Origin: Eledone cirrhosa
Lineage: Eukaryota
NCBI GenBank assembly: GCA_964016885.1
Contig: OZ024744.1
Location: 33,232,001-33,296,000, forward strand
Direction: 5' to 3'
DNA length: 64,000 nt
Shown here in pieces: positions 30,964 to 46,957 of the stretch. The stretch's first letter is position 1. The number at the start of each line of letters is the position of its first letter. The position numbers and the translations under genes are program-made. The notes under the pieces are model-generated. The model was not told the origin of the DNA and did not search any database. It saw nothing but the letters and a program-made list of their open reading frames with translations.

Positions 30964-31496
30964 ATATATATATATATATCATATCTCCAAAATGACTGAC
31001 TGAATACGCACGTGTGGTTTTTCATCTTTTATTTCTCATTCTATCTTCAAATGACGGACTAAGTATCAGAAACTGTATGACCCTTTTCCTACTATATCGA
31101 GGGTTAAACAAATATATTTCTTCGTTATACTGTGTCGTTTGCTTTGTTATTTCTGTTTATGTTTTGCACATACCCCTCCACACACACATTTTATATTAAC
31201 TTAAGTTGTTATTTAAACATTTAAGATTCAGTTAAGCACCTGTTCATCGGTATAAACAACATCTATTAATAGAACAATGTAATGCAACTTACCTTAAGCA
31301 TACAAAAGGACTGGTGTGGGAAAGCGACCACAGTACTATAACTGCTGGTTTATCCTCAGAGTAGAGACCTGTTCTCTATATTGGGCACCGAGGGCTTTTA
31401 GCTAAAGCCCTCATCCCCCATCCCCCCAAAAATCAGTTTCAGTCGACTAAATTTTATTCACGAGCTTTAAAGAGACATGGGAAATCTGTAAGAATT

Positions 31497-31690
31497 GTCA
31501 GCGCCGGTCGCTGTTGAGATCTCAAGTGTCCTCGGACCCCGTACAGTCGAGCTCCTCCGTAAAATTGGAACGTAAACAGCCCGTCTAAGGAAGGAGCCTT
31601 GCGAAGTGGGGTGGTTGTTGCAGCGGGTATCACAAGCCATTGTCCATGGAAATGCCTTTGCAGTTTTGTTCGCGGGGTGCAGCCGAAACA
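31497..31690 (+). mobile_element. CRE-like non-LTR RLE 3' fragment
   Basis: APVAVEISSVLGPRTVELLRKIG..EPCEVGWLLQRVSQAIVHGNAFAVL. Confidence 0.7.
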
Positions 31691-32659
31691 CTAGAACGAC
31701 CTAGACAGAGTATGTCACCCTCTCCTCTCCACCCTCTTTTTCTCCTGTTTCCTAATAGTCTTTCCCCACTTAATCCTTTCCACCATTGTTTAACTTTTTC
31801 CCCTTGTTTGTTTTTTTTATTACTTAATTTTTGTGTTTCTCTCTTTTTAATATTTCCTTCATTGTACAACTTCTGTTTGTAAAATGTAGTAAGCAAACGA
31901 TAAAAAATGTCCTTACATTTCAAACAATAATTATTAACTAGAAAGCCATGTCTACGTGTAATTTTTCGTATCCATAGACGCCATCGTTCGACTGCAATAG
32001 TAATTGTAGTTCCGTGGTGATTAGCTCTTGACATAGGTGGGACTTGAAATGTGAACGCAAATCTGAAGTCCAAGAAGAAATACCGCAATTCATCTCGTCT
32101 GAGTTTCTAACAATGTTACCAATCCAACGGTATGGTCTGGCAAATTTAACACCAGTGGGATTTGAATTCAGAACGTTCAGATTATTCTATCTGGCGCTTT
32201 AACTAGTTCGCCAATTCACTGCTTTATTATATATTTCATATCATAAAGGATAAAACATAAATCTTCAACTCCATAAAACACTAATCATACTCACATCTTA
32301 ATATGTATCTTATTTCATTTTATAAGGTTACAAATGTTGAAAGTTTTTATGCGATTCTGACAAAATTTATCTAAGGCCCTTCCCGTGCTTAATAAAATAC
32401 ACTCCCTCGTGCCATCAACCAGAGAAAGAGAGACAAAAAGTGTGTATGGGTGGGTAGTCGAATGCGTTTGGCATGTTTGTCTATCGGCTCATCTCTCTGA
32501 CGGGACTCCAGTTTTGAGACTAGTAAATGTACATACAGGAAGGGCGTTAGATATTTCAAGTGTTGCCAGATGCTTACAGCTCCCTGCTAGTTGGTCACTA
32601 ACTGTAATATAGAACGGTTAATGGTGGATATGAGGTACATGGTTCTAGGGGATAGTTTG

Positions 32660-33060
32660 GGCGAAAATAAAATTGTTTGAAGCAGAATTTACCTCAGTAT
32701 ATATTCATATATGAGGCAAATGACTCGGGTCAATCTTTACATAATATACATGTTGGAAATCCACGTTACGGGAGGATGTGGCAGAAACTAGTAGTTCGAC
32801 TTTTACATAATATCCATGGGTAAAATCCATCTTTATGGAGGGAGCTATAGAGTGTTGAATTTTACATGATATACATGGAAAAATTCATTTTGGTGGGTCA
32901 AAATATAGGGATCGACTTTTACCTGATATACACGGAAATATTGCTTTTGTGGCGGTGAGAATTGCGGCAAAAATAAAGTGTTGAATTTTTCATCATGTAT
33001 ATGGAAAATTCTATCTGGAGGAAGCAGAAGATAGGAATTGTTAGACGAATTTATACGGCA
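32660..33060. repeat. Degenerate ~55-70 bp tandem repeat, possibly from a pogo/Tigger-like subterminal region
   Basis: Recurring tcgacttttaca..atatacatggaaaa units ending in tatacgg; the origin is an inference. Confidence 0.5.
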
Positions 33061-33574
33061 GTTAAGTAGATGTATATTTGACTTGGCGGCACTACCTGTA
33101 GTCGTTGTTGGTTAGGGAGAAGCTGTACAGGTAGGGCAGCAATAATCTAAAGCCGTCCATAATGTAAAAAGAAACGGTGGTACCACCATCCTACACTCTC
33201 TCATTCCACTATTTTACAACAGGAGAATTGTGAAATTATCTCGAACAGTTATAGCGTGTAAAGCAGATCATGGTGATGTCCAAATCCATTGACAAAAGCT
33301 CAATGACGCCGCTTTTGGTATTGTTAGTCTGACTACTTTAATTTGAATTAAGACAGAAATGATTGTCATCGTTGTTGATCGTTTAGTTCCACGTCTCTAT
33401 TCAAGGAAATTTAAATTCAAAGAGAAGTATTCTACCCATAACCAACACTACAAATGTTCAGACATGGTGTCTTTTCGATGAATATATCGATTGTGTTCTA
33501 TACTAAAATCAATAGATTGATTTAGTATGTATGTGACATCTCACACCTATGCAGGTTTAGTTGGCCTCCTCCAA

Positions 33575-33775
33575 GGTATATCTCGTTGGAGGTGTCTTGG
33601 GTGATTTAATGATAGGGACCCCAGTCCTATCATCTCATTTCTACAGCTGAGTAAACTGGAGTAACGTGAAATAAAGTGTCTTGCTCAAAGAAATAACACA
33701 TCACCCGGTACGAGAATTGAACACACAATCTTTCGATTGCAAGCCCAATGCTCTAACCACTAAGCCATGCGCCTT
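33575..33775 (-). mobile_element. SINE family 2
   Basis: Reverse complement of GGCGCATGGCTTAGTGGTTAGAGC..TTGAGCAAGACACTTTATTTCACGTT. Confidence 0.8.
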
Positions 33776-33942
33776 CACATGATGGATTTAGTAACTTGCA
33801 TAAAATCCGAAAATTACATGAAATAACTGATCATTAAATATTGCCTGATTGATGGAGCCAGCAGATTCCATTGACTATATCTGTGCGATTATTTTGTCTT
33901 TATGTACATAAATGCATGTGAACGCGTGCAAACATACATACA

Positions 33943-34044
<102 letters not shown>

Positions 34045-34064
34045 TTGATACATATATATATATG

Positions 34065-34442
<378 letters not shown>

Positions 34443-34919
34443 ATTGTTTTACTTTGGGAAGGTCATGCTGCCAATGAAAACACACGCACCTGCTGAAATC
34501 ATTTCAATTTATTATAATTTCCGGTTGGTTCGTTCGTTCGATAACCGGATGGTTGTTTATATACTGTCAAAACTCTTCCGTCACACATTCTGTGACCTCC
34601 TCAGTGACTAGATGTTTATTTTGTGTCTCTCCATTATTTTGTCCTACACCATCTTGTTTTGTGTGTTGTGTGTGCTTAGTTTGCGCGTGCGCTACATCCA
34701 CGAGTGTGTGTTGGTGTGTGTGTATGTGTGTTTATTTATTATTAATATTCGAAAAACTCAGATTACATTTATTGTATTCAGCCATGTAGAGCAATAAACC
34801 ATTTGTTAGTGATTTGAACATGACAAAGCCGGCCATTAATTTGAAGAGTGTCTCAAAAAATGTACACACATATATTAAAATGCTGTTGAAGTGAGTATAA
34901 CATTTTTGGGGACACCCTG

Positions 34920-34978
<59 letters not shown>

Positions 34979-35011
34979 ATATACTTCTATATGTATGTGT
35001 GTATGTATGTA

Positions 35012-35046
<35 letters not shown>

Positions 35047-35107
35047 ATGTATGTAAATATATATATATATATATATACATAGACATATATATACATATAT
35101 ATATAAA

Positions 35108-35172
<65 letters not shown>

Positions 35173-35281
35173 ACATATATATATATACACACACATACAC
35201 ACACACATATATATATACATATATATAAACATATATATATATATGTTTATATATATGTATATATATATATATGAGTATGTG

Positions 35282-35321
<40 letters not shown>

Positions 35322-35360
35322 TTTATATATATATGTATATATATATGTGTATGTATATTC

Positions 35361-35391
<31 letters not shown>

Positions 35392-35784
35392 TATATATAT
35401 GTATATATATGTGTATTTTATATATATATATATATATACATATATATTTACATACATGCACACATATATATATATATTTACATACATACACACATACATA
35501 TAGAAGTATATGCGCATATATATCGGATGCCTTTTCTAGTACCAACCACATTTTCAATGTGTGCTGGGTGCTTTTTACCATGTCTTTTACATGACCACTT
35601 TACAGTGTCGGCTTTTTGTTTTGTGGTACCAACAACACACACACACACACCTTTATATATATATAAAGAAATATTTCTTTGTAGACGCTAATACGTTTGT
35701 ATGAGTTTACGTCTACATACTTTTTAGTATATGCGCGTAGTTGATTGTGTGTATGTTTAAGTTCTGGATATTTATATTTTTTTT

Positions 35785-35840
<56 letters not shown>

Positions 35841-35946
35841 TAATTTTTTTCCCCTATTTCCTTTTCGCCAGTTTTTTTCAGCCTCACTTTCATATTTCCT
35901 AAATTTTATTTCAAATCCATATTTAATAAAATCACCATGTTTTTTA

Positions 35947-36007
35947 TTCATTCTGACGACTGAATACAGATACAACATCTGTCTTCAAGAAACCACTGGT
36001 AAATGAA
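35947..36007 (+). ncRNA. Minimal type I hammerhead ribozyme in a PLE-end fragment
   Basis: ttcatt-CTGACGA-ctgaatacagat..atctgtcttcaa-GAAA-ccactgg-TA-aatgaa. Confidence 0.85.
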
Positions 36008-36033
36008 ATAATTGCCTTATGTTGTTTATTACA

Positions 36034-36111
<78 letters not shown>

Positions 36112-36120
<9 letters not shown>

Positions 36121-36390
36121 CATTATGAAGAGAGAAGAAACATTAGATATAATTAATAATAAGATATATCATACCTAAACTCCTTCTTTACTCTTCGACG
36201 AAACTACGTAGTCGAGGAATAAAGAAGGAGTTTAGGTATGGTATATCTTATTAATTATATCTAATGTTTCTTCTCTCTTTATAATGTATTATATAGCTCT
36301 GATAGTGAATCAATCTAATCCATTCGGATTATTTTGTCCCAGTTATTCATAGAGCAACATCGGTTGAGGTTGGTACCACAAATTCAGGGA
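36112..36390 (+). mobile_element. Fold-back PLE terminus with hammerhead 3' half
   Basis: Arms about 36112-36199 / 36210-36295; GAAA-CTACGTAG-TC at the junction; tail GCTC(36296)..GAGC(36352). Confidence 0.78.
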
Positions 36391-36442
36391 TATGTATGGA
36401 TATATTCATGTATATGTATGTGTCCGTATGTATCTGTGTGTT

Positions 36443-37060
<618 letters not shown>

Positions 37061-37081
37061 TATATAGATATAGATATTTGG

Positions 37082-37186
<105 letters not shown>

Positions 37187-37395
37187 TGTGTGATATTTTG
37201 GCACAGGGTGACAAATGAAACAAAAAAAATATATATATATTTAAACAGCAAATTACATTATAATATCTCAAGGTTAGAATCTTTCCAAATGCAAATTTAA
37301 AATGATGCAATCTTTTTTATTGCTCCGAGTTTGAGGATTGCGCAAACGTGGAGCTGTCGTAGGAGCCACTCTGCTCCATGTAGCTCCGTTCCATT

Positions 37396-37582
37396 TGGAT
37401 TGGCAGTATCGGTAGAGAGTCGGACGCCATGCTTTGACGTATAGAGTTACGGCCCTTGCCATTCTGAGTTCAAATCTCGTCGAGGTTAACTTTGCCTTTC
37501 ATCCTTACGGAGTCGGTAAAATAAAGTACCAATAATGCACTGGGTAATTGCTGGCCTTATGCCAAACGTAGAAACAATTATT
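37396..37582 (+). mobile_element. SINE family 1
   Basis: Head, B-box GAGTTCAAATC and core present. Confidence 0.85.
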
Positions 37583-38304
37583 TATTTGTAGCCTCTGTGT
37601 GTAAAAAAATAAGGGTTCTTTTATCATTAGATTCCCCACATTCCTTTCCGTCGCTTCTATGGTGATCCCACTGTCTCAGTTGCGGCATTTATCAAATATT
37701 TTTTTCTTTGATAGCGAGGCTTTCATATGTATATTTTAAGTTGTCATTCAGCACATGCTTTCATATGCAACCCCTAATATGATTAACGCTATTTTAGTGA
37801 CACTATTCATATAGATGTTTGAGTGTATGTGTGTGATTTATACCACACGTGCAACTATACTCCTGTCTTGTTTCTCTCAATCTATCTTTCCGAATAAGAA
37901 CTTCAGATCGAAGCGTCGAATAACTTTCTATTTCCATTTCCAGAGCACCAACAAAATAATTTTAGTTTTTGTTCTGTCCTTGTTGTAAAATTGACACATA
38001 AAGCCACACACACACACACACACACACACCCACACACACACATTCACACACAGATATATATATATATAATTAAGGTGGCACCACGAAGTCGATCGCGAAT
38101 TAATCACAGTTAAGTAAGATACACAATATATTAGTAGAGAATAAACATATTTAAAATACATAAATTACTTATACAGGACTAGAACTATTTCATTCATATG
38201 AAATCATCAGGAATGTCCAGATGATTTTACACGGATCAAACAGTTTTAGGTTTGTAGAAGTCCTTTCTATATAATATTTTATATTATGTATATATACATA
38301 TATG

Positions 38305-38354
<50 letters not shown>

Positions 38355-38357
<3 letters not shown>

Positions 38358-38650
38358 CGAAGGAAATGTGGAAAGCAACCAGATGGACCATAACGCACCA
38401 AAGTACTCAATACTTAAGGTAGTAGAGTGGGTAATAGGAACAAGTATGACCCCACTACATGCCATGATAGAATCAACTGTCTTTACAACAAATTTTTGAC
38501 CAATCCTTTTGACAATTACTACCTTCCCATATATGGAATTACCCCCTGAGAAGTTCGGCTATTTATTTACCAGGCTAAACATTCTTATTTAGTCCCGAAT
38601 TAGCCGTTGAAACGGCTTGAGCTCTGCCGTCGGGGTCATACTTGTTCCTA
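38355..38650. mobile_element. Fold-back of the Hydra-like PLE 3' end
   Basis: Minus tail 38355-38453; plus arm has cccc-CTGAGAA..GAAA-cggcttgagctctgccg-TC-gggg and ends at ttccta. Confidence 0.85.
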
Positions 38651-38652
38651 TT

Positions 38653-38695
<43 letters not shown>

Positions 38696-38696
<1 letters not shown>

Positions 38697-38966
38697 GTAA
38701 TAATTATAAATTTGAAGACTAAAGTCCATAAGGATATATATATACATATATTAAAATAACAGATAAAAGTTTAAGCAAAGAATCGCTGCTTTCACACTTA
38801 ACGAGATCTTCTGAGAACTTCAGAAGATCCCGTTAAGGGTGAAAACAGCGATTTAAACTTTAATCTGTTATTTTAATAAATATTTGCTCTAGGGTTCTTA
38901 TATATTAGATATATATTTATCCTTATCGAGCCCTCTTTGGATTTTAGTCTTCACATTTACTAGTAT

Positions 38967-38971
<5 letters not shown>
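38696..38971 (+). mobile_element. Fold-back PLE terminus with CAGAAGA-core hammerhead-like motif
   Basis: Arms about 38751-38813 / 38821-38878; tail GCTC(38886)..GAGC(38928); tail also at 4577-4676 and 2073-2107. Confidence 0.75.
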
Positions 38972-39018
<47 letters not shown>

Positions 39019-39020
<2 letters not shown>

Positions 39021-39529
39021 ATAAATATTTCGTATCTTCAAAGAAATACAGTTTTAGGAAGCCGTAGCTATGCAAACACCGGGGTCTAACGCCCTCTAGT
39101 GATGTCCAGCAGAAGCAAGGAGGACAACCGTCTATGCATTTCAAGCTTAACTGGCTTTCGTCAGGACGGTCCCTCCCACCGCTTGCGACTGCTGGACTAG
39201 AAGGCAGCTGAGAATATATACTTTTCTCGTCTGTGTAAATGAGGTGATTAATCTCATTTGCATATGAAGTTGCATAAGTTGGCTCAACTTATAATAAAAA
39301 AGAAATAGAATTTCGCTTCAAGCATAGCGTGGGAGGGACCGTCCTGACGAAGGCCAGTTAAGCCTGAAATGCATAGACGGTTGTCCTCCTTGCTTCTGCT
39401 GGACATCACCAGAGGGCGTTAGTCCCCCCGGTGTTTGCATAGCTACGGCTTCCTAAAACTGTATTTCTTTGGAGATACCAAATATTTATACATATTGTAT
39501 AAAGCTATGCTTGAAGCGAAATCCTATTT

Positions 39530-39533
<4 letters not shown>
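39019..39533 (+). mobile_element. Doubly inverted hammerhead fold-back
   Basis: Arms about 39019-39179 / 39329-39491; an extra inverted copy of the terminal ~30 bp at 39297-39328. Confidence 0.85.
39338..39381 (+). ncRNA. Minimal type I hammerhead ribozyme (canonical)
   Basis: accgtc-CTGACGA-aggccagttaagcct-GAAA-TGCA-TA-gacggt; all three stems pair. Confidence 0.92.
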
Positions 39534-42134
<2,601 letters not shown>

Positions 42135-42151
42135 TATATATATATATATAT

Positions 42152-42569
42152 ATATTAATTCAAAATATTAACAAATATAGACATTCATGTGATCAAGTAC
42201 ATTATTATACATATTTCAGAGGTAGTGAGCTATTTCAACAGTACTTCCTCATCAGATAAAATAAGTTGATGCTTGACATACCTTGACTATGTTGATGGTT
42301 AACATTCTGTCATGGCATGGACTGAATTTTAACCATCAACATAGTCAAGGTATGTCAAGCATCAACTTATTTTATCTGATGAGGACGTACTGTTGAAATA
42401 GCTCAGTACCTCTGAAATATGTATAATAAAATATACTTGTTCACATGAATCTCTATATTTGTTAATATTTTGAATTAATATTAATAACTCCGGAAATCCT
42501 TCTTGTGGAGTGCTTCTAATCTATTGTGAAACTTTATTCATTGATTTATTCATTGAACCTTGTTTAACC

Positions 42570-42576
<7 letters not shown>
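42152..42576 (+). mobile_element. Hammerhead fold-back (relative of 62520-62930)
   Basis: Arms 42152-42309 / 42321-42480; CTGATGA 42376, GAAA 42414, TATGTA-TA-ataaaa; tail ACTCC(42487)..GGAGT. Confidence 0.88.
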
Positions 42577-42640
<64 letters not shown>

Positions 42641-42647
<7 letters not shown>

Positions 42648-43452
42648 GAGAAGAAAGAACAATACTGCGTGGTTGCACATGGGTTACATATGATAAAATT
42701 AGTCCTTCGTCAGTGATTTGCCAACCATCATTGATATTTCATCGCATTAAAAATCATATACCTCAGGTTGGTGCGAGCAATAACTAAAAAAAGCTATTGG
42801 GACAAGTAAATCGCGTAAAGCGAGTGAGACAAGTAAACAACATAGAAGTATGAAAGCAACGCAAAGATGGGAATGAACAAGCAACATGGTTATCCGGTCA
42901 GCATAAGCTGGGTGGATTTCATGAGCGATCAAGATACAGACCGTCCGACATGAGTGAGATGTGAGCAAGAGAACCCACTACTAGCCAAACGAGAGGAAGT
43001 GAAAAGGGGAGAAACAGAGAGTGAGTGAGTGGAAGTGCGAGGAAGAGGTCAGTCGAGAGAAAGTGTAACTGACAGAGGGGGCGAAAGAAGGTGAGAGCAA
43101 CAGAGAGAACGGGGAAGCAGTAAGAGAGAAACAGACAAACGCAGCCGAGGTAAATATATATAAAAAACATGAGAAGAAAGAAGAATACTGCGTGGTTGCA
43201 CATGGGTTACATATGATAAAATTAGTCCTTCGTCAGTGATTTGCCAACAATCATTGATATTTCATCGCATTAAAAGTCATATACCTCAGGTTGGTGCGAG
43301 CAATAACTAAAAAAAGCTATTGGGACAAGTAAATCGCGTAAAGCGAGTGAGGCAAGTAAACAAGATACAAGGATGAAAGCAACGCAAAGATGGGAATGAA
43401 CAAGCAACATGGTTAGCCGGTCAGCATAAACTGGGTGGATTTAATGAGCGAT
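42641..43452 (-). mobile_element. Partial-tandem non-coding repeat (~525 bp unit) in (TA)n
   Basis: 42641-42930 repeats at about 43165-43452; contains TGAT..ATCA-CTGACGA; homologous to 44155-44818. Confidence 0.75.
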
Positions 43453-43458
43453 ATATAT

Positions 43459-43640
43459 ATAACGAAGGAAGTGTGGTAAGGAACCAGAGTACTCGGTACT
43501 TTGGGTAGAAGAGTTGGTAATAGCAAAATTGTCAGAACCCCGACGGCAGAGCTCAAGCCGTTTCGACAGCTATTTCTGGACTCAAAAATAGCTGTCGAAA
43601 CACCTTGAGCTCTGCCGTCGGGGTTCTGATTTTTTTCCTA
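43459..43640. mobile_element. Fold-back of the Hydra-like PLE 3' end
   Basis: Minus tail plus inverted gaccccgacggcagagctcaag-type arms; ends ttccta. Confidence 0.82.
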
Positions 43641-43651
43641 TATATATATAT

Positions 43652-44125
43652 AGAAGTGGTAACACAACAGTTAGTTCACCATACCGAGAACAATTGTTTC
43701 ACCTTAGCGGATCTTCAGCTCGTACTGGTCATGGTTATACGGAACCGGAAGAACAACCGTATGAACGCGCATGCGCAGAAAAGGTCACTTCACCCAAGCG
43801 ATGCAAAGCTTCGGGCGAATACCGCTCGATCGTTAACAGACACAGAGTAAAACTATGGTACTCCAGCTCTAAGAATATGAAGGCTCACATCACCAACAGT
43901 CCTAAGAGCGGCACCCCACCAGGATGCTCTTGCCGAAAGCCTGAAGTTTGTCCCCTTCAATAACAATGCAACACACCCTCTGTAGTTTATGAGGCTGTGG
44001 GGACTTCCAACCGACCAAATCAACCACAGGAGGTCAAATCCTATGTGGGTATGGCGGAGGGCCGATTTAAGGAACGCTTCCTGAACCATCAGTCGACCTT
44101 TAGGTACAAACGATCATCCACAACG
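43652..44125 (+). mobile_element. PLE fragment: inverted pLTR with hammerhead, then sense GIY-YIG remnant
   Basis: Minus hammerhead 43684-43722; plus strand [40 protein letters not shown] matches the family of 4719-5328. Confidence 0.85.
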
Positions 44126-44154
44126 AGGGTGACTAGCAGAGGGGGTGAATGAAA

Positions 44155-44810
44155 GAAGATCACTGATGATGGATGGTCCTGGTTTCTTGCTCTATTTATT
44201 ATTTCACTTGTATCACATTCGCAACAACGCAGCACGCCTTTTTTTATTCATATATATTTTCCCCCTCCGCTGTGATCTGTCTGTTTCTATCACCTTACTG
44301 CTATCCTCTTTCTCTCTCCCCATTATCTCTCCTTGTATCTCTTACTTTCATTTACCCCCTCTGCTGATCACCCTCTCTCAGCTGGCCTCTTCCTCACACT
44401 TTCACTCAATCACTCTTTGCTACTCCTACTCTCTCACTTCCTCCCGTCTGACCTGTGTGAAATCCTTTTCTCGCTCACATTTCGCTAGGTTTGGACGCGT
44501 CTTCTCTTCTCGCCTTTGATTTGTTAGAACTTAAGTTCACAATGTATTACTGACTTGTTTCTCATCTTCCTCTCTTTACGTTTCCTTACCATTTATGTTT
44601 GTTTACATGTCTCTCTTTCTCCACCCAATTCTTTTTATCCCAATAACTTATTTTAGTTATTGCTCACACTGTCTTGAGGTATCTGGTCTTTAATGCGAAG
44701 AAATACCGATGATAGCTAGAAGATCACTGATGAAGGATAGTCCTGGTTTCTTGCTCTATTTTTTATTTCAGTTGTATCACATTTGCAACAACGTAGCACG
44801 CCATTTTTTA

Positions 44811-44818
<8 letters not shown>
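44155..44818 (+). mobile_element. Partial-tandem non-coding repeat (~563 bp unit)
   Basis: 44155-44255 repeats at about 44718-44818; ATCA-CTGATGA motif; ends in (TA)n. Confidence 0.72.
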
Positions 44819-44859
<41 letters not shown>

Positions 44860-45119
44860 ACTAGAAATTGATTAACATATAAATATACATGAATAATCAC
44901 AGGAGATAATTTTTGCACGCGTGTAACCACGCATAGCTAGTTTGGGTAATAATTAAATTTATACCTTTAAGTATGATTAACCTTCCTTGTGTATATCCCA
45001 TTAAAGAAATAATTTCCAGGCGATATGGCGCATGCCATTATGACATGACACCCACAATTTCGATTTAGATTAAATTCATTTAATTTATTTTATCTTCATT
45101 TGGGATATATATATATAGA

Positions 45120-46420
45120 GAGAGAAATTACATGAATCAAAGTTCTGTTTAAATCATTTATTTGCTTACAATTGTTTCTTCCAAACCGAGGTTTGGAGTC
45201 TTCGGAGCAATTATTCAGTGATTTTTTACATACTTGACCTCCTTTTCAACACAAGAGACATTTAGAAACATATGTATATATTGACCCACAGTGGGTTGAC
45301 ATCCATTATAATAATATAGCATGGCAATTTACATACAAAGATTACAGTCATATTAAAGGACAAAATTAAAGTTAAAATTAAAATTAAAATTAAAATAAAA
45401 CATTGGCAGTTTACGAAGATAAAGCAAGAGGAAAGTTTGGAGTAGCCAGTGTATGCAACAGTCACACGTGAGGAATGCACGCGTGTCCTATTTATACAAG
45501 ATTATAGTGCGGCAGATTGTTACATGTAAAACAAGCAGTCAAAGCAGGCAATCAAGAGCATCATGAGGGCTGTACTGGTAAAGCATTTTTCACACACACC
45601 TGTACGATTTAGAAGCCCGTGTGTAGAGAAACACCCAAAATATCAAAAATATTACAAATGAGAAGCAAAACAGCACTACTGTCCTCGCACACACCACCAC
45701 TCTCACAATCCAGGAAACGCAATTTATAGACTACATGTCCATCACAGAATCCACGATGATTCAACATTGGGTGCCTGGTGAACCAAGTTAGAACATCACA
45801 GCTTGTCGTTCTCTAATTCGATTCTATAGAGCAGGTTGTTTTTGTTGTGAGAGTTGACATCGTATTATATTCCGGAAGTGTGTGTGTGATTAAGGGGAGT
45901 TAATGCGTAAGGGGAGGTAACTAGCTGATTTCTATAGCTAAATTTATTATCCTAAAGTACATTAATGGTGTCTCAAATGAGTCCCTATCATATAAGGTTA
46001 TAAACAATTTCTAAATTTAAGTATCTTATCTATAGTGTAGTCTATCAAGAAGTACTAAAGGTGTTCATATTAGGATGATTACCTTCTATCATAGAGTGCC
46101 ACAATCGAATATTCTACATGAAGAGTCAGATCTCCAAATCAATGATATTTGTAAGTGTAGTCCACCCGCAGAACCTGGCAGGGTCTTATTAGAATCACTT
46201 CTATATATAACTCCTGGTAAGCTCTGGGTCATTGCATGTCTGATTGCATGGCAAAGTTAAATATCACTAGGGTAGTCCAGAGATCAATTCTCACTCACGA
46301 AGACACTAATCTGACCATCAAGTCATACATGTATTTATAACTCATACATCACCTGTACATAATTCATTGTACTCAGCATATAGATTATATAGCTCTTTTA
46401 TGTTAATAAATTAATTACTT
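45120..46420 (-). mobile_element. Diverged, internally deleted relative of the 2 kb hammerhead element
   Basis: Colinear similarity to about 46866-48550; hammerhead 45162-45210 with CCGAAGA core. Confidence 0.8.
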
Positions 46421-46428
46421 AATCTTCC

Positions 46429-46483
<55 letters not shown>

Positions 46484-46908
46484 TGTGGGTGTGTTTGTGT
46501 GTGCATGTGCAAGCTTGTATGTGTGTGATATGGCTACTGTCTTAAAGTGAAATTCCACATCACCCACCCACCCCCCTCCTGCACCTAACTTCAATAAACT
46601 GAATGAACTAATTACCACATGCCGACATATGATGGAATTTTTCCTCGGGAATGTACCAGAAGAATTCCTCCACACAACATATAATAGTCGATGTCTTACA
46701 TCACTTACACTTTTAACAATAAACTGATGTGTAAGGACGGAACCCTGCTCCGGGCGTTCAGTCACTGTTTAGCCTAGAAAAAAAACTCTACACACGTAGG
46801 AACGCATGCTTATATTTAGAACTTTTTGTATATTACGCAATAAATGTAAAAGTATAGATACATAGATATAGAGATTACAATAATCAAAGTTCAGTTTAAG
46901 TCATTTAT

Positions 46909-46957
46909 TTGCTTACAATTGTTTCCTCCAAACCGAGGTTTGGATTCTTCGGAGCAA
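46909..46957 (-). ncRNA. Minimal hammerhead with U4C variant core
   Basis: ttgct-CCGAAGA-atccaaacctcggtttggag-GAAA-CAATTG-TA-agcaa; also at 56479-56527 (+) and 45162-45210 (-). Confidence 0.75.
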
